A stretch of DNA of 64,000 nt. Origin: an uncultured Eubacteriales bacterium (GTDB lineage Bacteria > Actinomycetota > Coriobacteriia > Anaerosomatales > JAAXUF01). The translations under genes were made by a program, and so were the position numbers. The notes under the pieces were generated by a model that was not told where the DNA came from, did not search any database, and saw only the letters and a list, made by a program, of their open reading frames with translations. Numbering within the stretch: position 1 is the first letter of the stretch; each line of letters starts with the position of its first letter. This document shows positions 1 to 7,648 of this stretch, piece by piece. The stretch lies in contig CAYMAN010000002.1 in NCBI GenBank assembly GCA_964388455.1, positions 37,535 to 101,534 of the forward strand, read 5' to 3'.

Positions 1-2
1 TG

Positions 3-1634
3 TGTGCGGCCAAAGCGCGCCCGTTCGAGTTCGCGTTCCTGCTCGATGCGCTGAAGAACGAGCAGGCCCAAGGCATCACCATCGACACCGCACGCTGCTT
101 CTTCAAGACCGACCGTCGCCACTACATCATCCACGACGCTCCCGGGCACATCGAGTTCCTCAAGAACATGATCACGGGCGCCTCGCGTGCGCAGGCCGCG
201 CTGCTCGTGATCGACGCGCAGGAGGGCGTGAAGGAGAACTCCAAGCGCCACGGCTATATCCTGTCGATGCTGGGTATCCGACAGGTCGCCGTCCTGGTGA
301 ACAAAATGGACCTGCTCGACTGGGACCAGGACGCATTCAACGCGGTGACCGCCGAGTACGCTGACTTCCTGGGCCGAGTGGGCGTGAAGCCGACGCGCTT
401 CATCCCGATCAGCGCGCGCGACGGCGCCAACATCGTGGAGCGCGGTGCCGAGGCGAGCTGGTACGACGGTCCGACCGTGCTCGAGCAGGTGGAGTCGTTC
501 CGCAGCCTCGACGACGACTTTGACCGGCCGTTCCGCATGCCGCTCCAAGACGTATACAAGTTCACCGCCGAGGGCGACGACCGCCGCATCTTCGCGGGCA
601 CGGTCGAGAGCGGCCGCGTTAGACCGGGCGACGGCATCGTGTTCCTGCCGTCGGGTAAGCGCTCGACCGTCAGCCGCATCGAGGTGCTGCAGAGTGATGC
701 GCCGGTCGAGGCGCTTGCCGGTCAGGCGACCGGCTTCACGCTCGACACGCAGGTCTACGCCAAACCGGGCGAGCTCATCGTGCGTGAGGGCGAGCCGCTC
801 CCCGAGGTCTCGACGCGGTTGCGCGCCAACGTGTTCTGGATGGGTGTAGCGCCGCTCGTGAAGGGCCGCCGCTACACATTGCGCATCGGGACCGCGAAGG
901 TGCCGGTCGAGCTCGAGGAGGTGCTGAGCGTTCTCGACGCCTCCGAGCTCAGGTCGGTCACCGGCGCCTCACAAGTCGCGCGCCACGACGTCGCCGAGAT
1001 CGTGCTGCGCACCGTGCGCCCGGTCGCGTTCGACGCCGCGGACTTCCTCGAGGGTACCGCGCGGTTTGTGATCGCGAGCGGCTACGACATCGCAGGCTGC
1101 GGCATCGCGCTCGAGGCCCTGGCCACCGACGACGGCTCGACTGACGCCGGACGTGCGTTCGCACCGGGTCTGGTCTCGGCTGCGGAGCGCGCGAAGCGCA
1201 ACGGCCACAGTGGCAAGGCCGTGGTGTTCGTGAGCGATTCCGCTGTGGCAGCTCACGATGCTGCCGCGCAGCTCGAACGCCGGCTGTTCGACCTCAACGC
1301 ACACTCGTACTTCCTGGGCGCCACCGACCTCGCCGAGCAGACCGATGTGCTCGCGCGCGACGAACGGCTCGTGCAGCTGGGGCATATAGCACGGGCGATG
1401 GCTGACGCGGGTGTCGTCCTCGTGACCGCACTGGGCGACGTCGACCGCTTCGATCTCGACCGCTTGCGCGGGTTGGCTGCGCCACATGAGCTGTTCGTGG
1501 TGGGGCTGGGCGGAACGGCCACGGAGGTCGGCGCTGATCTCGCGCTCGAAGCCGACATGTCGCCCGGGCCGGCGATCGATGCCGCCGTCCGCGCGCTGAC
1601 CGCTGTCGGCGTGCTCGCCGATTACGAGATCTAG
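3..1634 (+). CDS. cysN: Sulfate adenylyltransferase large subunit (CysN GTPase), 5' end cut by the window edge, with a C-terminal APS-kinase-like domain that has a degenerate P-loop
   Basis: Frame 3 is open from base 3. It reads ..LDALKNEQAQGITIDTARCFFKTDRRHYIIHDAPGHIEFLKNMITGAS..VLVNKMDL, the EF-Tu-like G motifs typical of CysN. The C-terminal ~140 aa resemble CysC but carry FVSDSAVAAH where GLSGSGKST is expected. Confidence 0.85.
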   Translation, partial: CAAKARPFEFAFLLDALKNEQAQGITIDTARCFFKTDRRHYIIHDAPGHIEFLKNMITGASRAQAALLVIDAQEGVKENSKRHGYILSMLGIRQVAVLVNKMDLLDWDQDAFNAVTAEYADFLGRVGVKPTRFIPISARDGANIVERGAEASWYDGPTVLEQVESFRSLDDDFDRPFRMPLQDVYKFTAEGDDRRIFAGTVESGRVRPGDGIVFLPSGKRSTVSRIEVLQSDAPVEALAGQATGFTLDTQVYAKPGELIVREGEPLPEVSTRLRANVFWMGVAPLVKGRRYTLRIGTAKVPVELEEVLSVLDASELRSVTGASQVARHDVAEIVLRTVRPVAFDAADFLEGTARFVIASGYDIAGCGIALEALATDDGSTDAGRAFAPGLVSAAERAKRNGHSGKAVVFVSDSAVAAHDAAAQLERRLFDLNAHSYFLGATDLAEQTDVLARDERLVQLGHIARAMADAGVVLVTALGDVDRFDLDRLRGLAAPHELFVVGLGGTATEVGADLALEADMSPGPAIDAAVRALTAVGVLADYEI

Positions 1635-1643
1635 GAGACCGCC

Positions 1644-3122
1644 ATGACCGACCAGCCACTGAGCACCGGAATGTATCCGCTCCTGCTCGATCTCGCAGGC
1701 CGAGACGTGCTCGTGGTCGGCGGCGGCACCGTGGCGGAGCGGCGTGTCATGGGACTTCTCGAGGCCGGCGCTCGGGTGACGCTGGTTGCACCGGAGGCCA
1801 CCAGCATGCTGGCCGAGCTGGCGCGCGACGGCCGGATAGTCTGGGCTGCGCGCGGGTTCGATACGGGCGATGTCGTGGGAAGCACCCTCGCCTTCACCGC
1901 GACCGGCATCCTCGAGGTCGACTCAGCCGTCGCAGAGGAAGCCCGCGCTCGCGGCATCTTCGTGAACAGCGCCGACGACAACGAACGCTGCGACTTCCAC
2001 GTCCCCGCCGTCGCTCGCCGAGGAGACATCGTGATCGCGGTTGGCACCGGCGGTGTCGCACCCGCGCTCGCGGCTCGTCTACGCGATCGCTTCGCGGCTG
2101 GCCTCGGTCCCGAGTGGGAGCGGTTCGCGGTGGTCCTCGGCGAGATGCGAGACCTTGCGCGCACCCGTATCGCAGACCGCAGCGAGCGAGCGCGCGTGCT
2201 TACGGCCGCAGCTCGCGACGATGCGCTGCTCGCGCGGCTGGCGCGAGGCGAGGACGTGACGGCCGCAGGTGCGCTGGCGGAGGTGTGCGCAGCGCGGGCG
2301 CCCGACCGCACCGCGAAGGCCGCACCCGCACCCGCGCCCGCCGCCGCCCCTGTGGCCGACGGGCCGCCCCCCACGACCGCGCACGTAAGCCTAGTTGGTG
2401 CCGGCCCCGGCGCCCCGGACCTGCTCACGCTGCGTGCGTACGAGCGCATCCGCGCCGCCGACGTCATCGTCTACGACGACCTCGTCGATCGCACCGTGCT
2501 CACGCAGGCGCGTTCCGACGCCGAGCTCGTGTACTCGGGCAAGCGTGGCTGGTGCAGTGGCCCGGAACGCCCTGGTCCCGAGTTGCTCGTGCAGCGAGCG
2601 CTTGAGGCCGGCGGCAAACGTGTCGTGCGGCTCAAGGGTGGCGACCCCAACGTGTTCGGTCGCAGCACCGAAGAGATCGCGGTGCTCGAGGCCGCCGGCG
2701 TGCCCTACGAGATCGTTCCCGGCATCACAGCCGCGCTCGCCGCGGCCGCCGCCGCGCACATCCCACTCACAAAGCGCGGCGTCGCGGGCAGCCTGACGCT
2801 TGCGACCGGCGTGGCGGTCGGCGCTGGCAGCACGGCCGACGACCCCATGGGCGCCGACGATCCCACACCGGCCGATATCGCATCGTTGGTACGCTCCGGC
2901 AGCACGGTCGCCGTCTACATGGGGCTGCGCATGCTCCCGGAGATCGCCGATGCGCTGCTCACCGCGGGCGTCTCGGCCGACCTGCCGGTGGCGGTGATCA
3001 GCTCGGCGTCGTTGCCGGGGGAGACCGTGGTCCGCGGCGCACTTGCGAATATCTCATCGCGCGTGAGCGATGCGGGCGTGCCGTCGCCGGCGATCGCGAT
3101 TCTCGGCGAGGTAGCAAAGTGA
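1644..3122 (+). CDS. cysG: Siroheme synthase: N-terminal precorrin-2 dehydrogenase/ferrochelatase fused to a C-terminal uroporphyrinogen-III C-methyltransferase
   Basis: AGGAG lies 7 nt upstream of the ATG. N-terminal Rossmann motif VLVVGGGTVAERRV. C-terminal SUMT motifs VSLVGAGPGAPDLLT, VIVYDDL, RLKGGDP. An Ala/Pro-rich linker separates the halves. Confidence 0.85.
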   Translation: MTDQPLSTGMYPLLLDLAGRDVLVVGGGTVAERRVMGLLEAGARVTLVAPEATSMLAELARDGRIVWAARGFDTGDVVGSTLAFTATGILEVDSAVAEEARARGIFVNSADDNERCDFHVPAVARRGDIVIAVGTGGVAPALAARLRDRFAAGLGPEWERFAVVLGEMRDLARTRIADRSERARVLTAAARDDALLARLARGEDVTAAGALAEVCAARAPDRTAKAAPAPAPAAAPVADGPPPTTAHVSLVGAGPGAPDLLTLRAYERIRAADVIVYDDLVDRTVLTQARSDAELVYSGKRGWCSGPERPGPELLVQRALEAGGKRVVRLKGGDPNVFGRSTEEIAVLEAAGVPYEIVPGITAALAAAAAAHIPLTKRGVAGSLTLATGVAVGAGSTADDPMGADDPTPADIASLVRSGSTVAVYMGLRMLPEIADALLTAGVSADLPVAVISSASLPGETVVRGALANISSRVSDAGVPSPAIAILGEVAK

Positions 3123-3147
3123 ATCTGACACAACTTGGAGGAACTCA

Positions 3148-3999
3148 ATGGACGAACGCACACTGAAGGCAGGCGGATTTCTGAAGCTTCGCCAGAAGGA
3201 CCGGTGGGCGTTGCGCGTGCGTGTCGCCAACGGGGACATCTCGGCGGAGTCACTTGCCGCGCTGGCGGTACTCGCACAGCGCTTCGGCGACGGCGAGATC
3301 CACTTCACCGTGCGCCAGTCGATCGAGATCCGCGGCGTGCGAGTCGAGGAGTTCACCGAGGTGCAGGCCGCCCTCGCCGAGGCAGGCTTCGGCCCTGGTG
3401 TGGGAGGCTCGAGTGCGCGCAACACGGTGACGTGCCCCGGCTCGCGCACCTGCAGGCGAGGACTGAACGACACCGTCGCGCTTTCCGAACTTCTCACGGA
3501 GCGCCTCTACGCGCGCGATGGGCTGCCGCACAAGTTCAAGTCGGCCGTCTCGGGATGTCCCGCGTCGTGCGCCAAGCCGCAGGGAAGCGACATCGGGTTC
3601 CTCGGCGCGGTCGAACCGGTCTTCGATGAGGCCGACGGTGACTGCATCGCGTGTGGCATCTGCGCGCGAGTGTGCCCCGCCGGCGCCATCACTCTGGACA
3701 GCGATGGCCGGCCGGTCATCGACCTCTCCAGATGCGACCGCGACGGCGAGTGCGTCTCGGCGTGCCCCACTCGTGCGATCCGCGCGAACAAGCATGGCTG
3801 GCGGGTCTTTCTCGGCGGCAACTTTGGGCGGCATCCGGCGCTGGCTTACGAGGTTGGCGGAATCGTCGACACAGCCGAGGCGGTCGATATCGCGGAACGT
3901 GCGCTCGAGGCTTACATGCGCCATGGCCAGGGTCGCGAGCGGCTGCGCGTGGTAGTGGATCGTGTGGGCCTCGACGAGTTCCTGGAAGAGGTCCTGTGA
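3148..3999 (+). CDS. Small siroheme-[4Fe-4S] sulfite/nitrite-reductase-like protein with an embedded 2x[4Fe-4S] ferredoxin domain
   Basis: GGAGGA RBS. Siroheme-cluster cysteines CPGSRTC (C-x5-C) and GCPASC (C-x3-C). Ferredoxin motifs CIACGICARVCP and CDRDGECVSACP. Adjacent to cysG. Confidence 0.7.
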   Translation: MDERTLKAGGFLKLRQKDRWALRVRVANGDISAESLAALAVLAQRFGDGEIHFTVRQSIEIRGVRVEEFTEVQAALAEAGFGPGVGGSSARNTVTCPGSRTCRRGLNDTVALSELLTERLYARDGLPHKFKSAVSGCPASCAKPQGSDIGFLGAVEPVFDEADGDCIACGICARVCPAGAITLDSDGRPVIDLSRCDRDGECVSACPTRAIRANKHGWRVFLGGNFGRHPALAYEVGGIVDTAEAVDIAERALEAYMRHGQGRERLRVVVDRVGLDEFLEEVL

Positions 4000-4137
4000 C
4001 AGCCGAGACAATCGGCATCATCAGGCGATGCGCTCATGGAGTGCCAAACCACAGAGAATAGGTGCGGTCTCATGTCTTGAGCCAGTGGAGCTCGTGATGC
4101 TACTTTGTAGCGCACAATCAGTCGCTGGAAGGTTCGT

Positions 4138-4461
4138 ATGACACCCACGGTTCGCCGAAGAGCAAGGGTCGCTGTGTGTACCGCAGCTGCGGCGCTGATG
4201 CTCTTTTGCGTGCTCATGGTGTCAGACCAGTTCGTCCCGATGGGTGACGATTCACGGTCCGATTCCTTCCGCACCATGAACACCGCGTGCGCAGTCGCCG
4301 ACACGGTCACCATTGCGCAGTCGAAGCGGATCGCGCCTCATCCGGTGGTGGCATTGCACGCGGACACAATCGCTGGAGCGCGCTGGGTTTGGGTGACGAC
4401 CCCGTTGGTTGCCGCAGCAGTCGACCCTCCCCATTTGGAATTCCCTCCACTTCGGACCTGA
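4138..4461 (+). CDS. Hypothetical small protein with an N-terminal signal/anchor helix
   Basis: GGAAGG lies 6 nt upstream of the ATG. N-terminus is RRRARVAVCTAAAALMLFCVLMV. No recognisable domain, and local GC is lower than in the neighbours. Confidence 0.3.
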   Translation: MTPTVRRRARVAVCTAAAALMLFCVLMVSDQFVPMGDDSRSDSFRTMNTACAVADTVTIAQSKRIAPHPVVALHADTIAGARWVWVTTPLVAAAVDPPHLEFPPLRT

Positions 4462-4614
4462 GTTAGCCAGAGCCCTCACCTATGCACGGCGCCCAGGGGC
4501 GCCTCCGGCAAGTATTCGTGATGCCGGCACCGTGCAGGTCGCACACCGGGCTCAACTCATCGCGCCGTCACTCCCGTGAACGCGCGCCTTCCCGTCTGAA
4601 GTGAAGAGAAAGGA

Positions 4615-5997
4615 ATGGCCATGCGCCGATTCCTCTGTACGATGATCACCGCCGTACTGGTGCTTGGACTGACTGTGACGCCCGCCATGGGCGGCCTTAT
4701 GGTCGAGTCGACTGCGGTCTTGGCGATGCACGGGGACATGCCAATGCCCCCGACCATGCCACCCAGCATGCCCCCGACCATGCCACCCAGCATGCCCCCG
4801 ACCATGCCGACTGACCCGAGCATGCCCCCGACCATGCCGACCGACCCCAGCATGCCCCCGACCATGCCCATGGACCCCGACATGCCCATGGACCCCGACA
4901 TGCCGATGCCACCCAGCATGCCTCCGACCATGCCCCCCAGCATGCCCCCGACCATGCCCCCGACCATGCCCATGGACCCCGATATGCCCATGCCGGGCAG
5001 CGCGAAGACGGAGGTCGACCGAACCTCTGGCTCCAATCGAATCACCACCGCAGTCAACGTCAGCAAGTCGCAGTTCGATGACGGAGCTGCTGACAGCGCA
5101 GTTATCGTGAACGGCTACTCGCTTCCGGACGCACTGACGGCCCCGGCTCTCGCAGGCGCGGTTGACGGGCCCGTGCTCTTCACTCGTGCGGACCACCTAC
5201 CCGCTGCAGTGATGGACGAACTCGACCGGCTTGGTGTTGAAAGCGTCTATCTCGTTGGCGGTACCAGCGTCATCTCGACCACCGTAAGCCGTGAGCTCGC
5301 GAACGCCGGATTCAGCGTGCGACGCATTCGCGGTTCCAACCGATACGCGACTGCAGCGGCCGTGGCTGCCAAGGTCGCCGCGATTCGTGGCGGACTCACT
5401 CGGGCCTTCGTGGTCAACGCGGACATGACATCGTTCGCGCTGTCAACCGCCCCGTACGCGTTCAGCCAAGGTATGCCGCTCCTCTTCACGTCCGCCAAGG
5501 GGTTGCCGGTAGAGACAACTCGGGCGATTCGCACCCTCGGCATAGACAACGTCACAGTCATCGGTGGAACGTCCTCGCTCTCCGCTGCCACCTACTCGGC
5601 GTTGGCTCGTAAGACAACCGGTCGCGCGGACAATCGCATCTCCGGTTCAAGCCGCTTCGAGAATGCTCGCTTGCTTGCTGAGTACGCGATCGCCAGAGAC
5701 TGGGCGGATCCCATGCATGTTGGATTGGTGAATGGGGTGTCGGGCTTCGCAGAAGGACTGGCAGGCGCTTCAGTGACCGGTGCTCGCAGCGGAGTTGTGC
5801 TGCTCGTGACGGGTACCGAGTTGACGCGGCCATCGCAGCTCTTTCTCTCGAAGCATGGCACTGCCGGCGACGTTGAAGGCGTCCATCTGTACGGCGGCAC
5901 AGGCCTGATCTCCGACTCCGTGAAGAATCATGTCGTGAAGCTGGGACTAAGCCACGAAACGGACTCGGTCCCCACTGATCCGACCCCAAAGCACTAG
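4615..5997 (+). CDS. Secreted cell-wall-binding protein: signal peptide, Met/Pro-rich tandem repeat, three CWB2 (cell wall binding repeat 2) modules
   Basis: Signal-like N-terminus MAMRRFLCTMITAVLVLGLTVTPAMG. Three CWB2-like modules (GSNRITTA..VIVNGYSLPDALTAPALAG..PVLFT; GSNRYATAAAVA..; GSSRFENARLLA..). Confidence 0.8.
   Translation: MAMRRFLCTMITAVLVLGLTVTPAMGGLMVESTAVLAMHGDMPMPPTMPPSMPPTMPPSMPPTMPTDPSMPPTMPTDPSMPPTMPMDPDMPMDPDMPMPPSMPPTMPPSMPPTMPPTMPMDPDMPMPGSAKTEVDRTSGSNRITTAVNVSKSQFDDGAADSAVIVNGYSLPDALTAPALAGAVDGPVLFTRADHLPAAVMDELDRLGVESVYLVGGTSVISTTVSRELANAGFSVRRIRGSNRYATAAAVAAKVAAIRGGLTRAFVVNADMTSFALSTAPYAFSQGMPLLFTSAKGLPVETTRAIRTLGIDNVTVIGGTSSLSAATYSALARKTTGRADNRISGSSRFENARLLAEYAIARDWADPMHVGLVNGVSGFAEGLAGASVTGARSGVVLLVTGTELTRPSQLFLSKHGTAGDVEGVHLYGGTGLISDSVKNHVVKLGLSHETDSVPTDPTPKH
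4738..4995 (+). repeat. In-frame tandem repeat (12-nt / 4-aa core MPP[S/T], with variants MPTDPS and MPMDPD) inside the wall-protein gene
   Basis: Direct reading: atgccacccagcatgcccccgacc iterated. About two dozen Met codons fall within 86 codons. Confidence 0.9.
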
Positions 5998-6026
5998 ATC
6001 TTCGACTCAAACGAAACGCTTCGTCC

Positions 6027-6058
6027 GGGTGTGGGCGGCATCGTGGCCGCCCACACCC
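6027..6058 (+). terminator. Perfect 13-bp-stem hairpin between the wall-protein gene and the cytochrome gene (terminator, attenuator or mRNA-stabilising element)
   Basis: gggtgtgggcggc-atcgtg-gccgcccacaccc. No U-tract follows, so the terminator function is uncertain. Confidence 0.45.
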
Positions 6059-6079
6059 CCGACAGTACGGATTACACAC

Positions 6080-7648
6080 ATGGGAAGCCCCCGCACACAG
6101 CTTCTGATCGGCACCATCACGGTGGTCATTCTGGCGACGATCACCGTGGCGCTCGGTGTCGGTCTGACGCGCTTTGCCCCCCAGCTAGGAGTGCCTGGCA
6201 GTTCCGCCGCAGCCGCAGAGAGTGGACATGTCACGCTCGAGCCCACCCAGCAGTGCAGCCACTGTCATCTCGCGAAGCACAAGGCTCCGCTCGTGGGACC
6301 GTGCGATGATTGCCACACAACGACCACGTGGCTCTCTGAGCGCAGCCATGAGACCACGGCCATGGATGCGGGACGACACACGCCATTGCGCTGTGTGCAG
6401 TGCCATGCGAACCCAAACGTGCTGCCGAGTCCGAAGTGCCAGTCATGCCACCGCACGGTCGCTCACTTGCCCGAGCAGAACTGTGACAGGTGCCACTCGG
6501 CGAAGTCATGGAAGGACACCCGGTTCAGCACGCCCGAGAAACATCAGGACGTCGTCGAAGGACACAAGACGCTCAAGTGCCCTGATTGTCATCAACTCAA
6601 CACCGGCAGCACGATCGGGCCACCTCTCGCGAAGCTGCCCGCCAAGACTCCGCCGCCGCGCTGCAAGTCATGCCACAAGAAGCACACCAAGGATTTCGCG
6701 CTTGTCGGACAGCACCAGAAGCTGCGATGTGCCCAGTGTCATAACGTGAACGCCAAGAGGGACAACCTCAACCGGATCTCGATCAAGGCCACGCAATGTG
6801 TTCAGTGCCATAAGCAGCGGCATGCCGGATATCCGGACTGTGCCAAGTGCCACACCACGAAATTCGCGAAGACTCAATATGCCCATAATGGCGTCTGGCC
6901 ACTGGTCGGCGCTCACAAGAAGGCCGCCTGCGATACATGTCACCCGAAGCAGCAGTGGAACAAGGTGCCGGGAACAGCTTGCGCCGCGTGCCACAAGCCG
7001 CGTCACTCAGCGCTGACGAACTGCGCACGTTGTCATTCTCCGCTTGGATTCAGGATGACAACGTTCAGTCACTCGACCGTCTTCGCGCTCAAGGGTACCC
7101 ACTCAAACCTGAAGTGCGCCCGATGCCATCCTGGCGGTGACATCGGACGCGTCAAGGGAACCGCCTGCGCTCAATGTCACTCGGTCAAACACGGCGGCCT
7201 GAAGGCGTGCGCCAAGTGTCATGGTTCGGGATCGTTCAGCCCGACCACGTTCAAACACAATCGGGTGTGGGCCCGCACCGGCGCGCACGCCAGACTGAAG
7301 TGCTCGGCGTGTCACCCCAAGAAGCAGTATGCGAAGACCAAGGGGCGCGACTGCGTCCAGTGTCACTACCGCAAGCACGCAGGACAGACTCGCTGTGCCA
7401 CGTGCCACACCACGTCCGGTTGGACGCCCATCAAGACGGTCGTCCACTCCGACAAGTACCCGCTGCTCGGCCAGCATCGCTTCGTCGAATGCCGAGCATG
7501 TCATAAGCAGCTCAAGTTCAACGGGACGCCAACTCGTTGCAACGATTGCCACGCTGACCTGTCCCATGGGCACCCCAACTGCGAGGGGTGTCATACCCCG
7601 AGGGCGTGGAAGTTCCTGCTTCCACACGACATGAAAGAGTGCTTGTGA
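6080..7648 (+). CDS. Membrane-anchored multiheme cytochrome c with 22 CxxCH motifs, built from repeated c7/c3-like triheme modules
   Basis: I counted 22 CxxCH motifs in the translation. One N-terminal TM helix (LLIGTITVVILATITVALGVGL). Start set to the ATG at 6080 because the track start at 6029 lies inside the upstream hairpin. Confidence 0.9.
   Translation: MGSPRTQLLIGTITVVILATITVALGVGLTRFAPQLGVPGSSAAAAESGHVTLEPTQQCSHCHLAKHKAPLVGPCDDCHTTTTWLSERSHETTAMDAGRHTPLRCVQCHANPNVLPSPKCQSCHRTVAHLPEQNCDRCHSAKSWKDTRFSTPEKHQDVVEGHKTLKCPDCHQLNTGSTIGPPLAKLPAKTPPPRCKSCHKKHTKDFALVGQHQKLRCAQCHNVNAKRDNLNRISIKATQCVQCHKQRHAGYPDCAKCHTTKFAKTQYAHNGVWPLVGAHKKAACDTCHPKQQWNKVPGTACAACHKPRHSALTNCARCHSPLGFRMTTFSHSTVFALKGTHSNLKCARCHPGGDIGRVKGTACAQCHSVKHGGLKACAKCHGSGSFSPTTFKHNRVWARTGAHARLKCSACHPKKQYAKTKGRDCVQCHYRKHAGQTRCATCHTTSGWTPIKTVVHSDKYPLLGQHRFVECRACHKQLKFNGTPTRCNDCHADLSHGHPNCEGCHTPRAWKFLLPHDMKECL

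Noticed and set aside
4738-4995. Whether the short tandem repeat could be a CRISPR array or minisatellite outside genes.
   Set aside because: The repeat units are contiguous with no spacers, stay in frame, and lie inside a well-supported ORF. No cas genes are in the window.
4552-5196. Minus-strand ORFs encoding GHGRGHGRGHAGGHG.. and GMVGGMLGGMVGG.. repeats. They could be mistaken for His-rich or Gly-rich metal-binding proteins.
   Set aside because: They are the reverse-complement reading of the Met/Pro repeat in the CWB2 gene. The plus-strand gene has a signal peptide, an RBS and downstream CWB2 modules, so the antisense frames are artefacts of the repeat.
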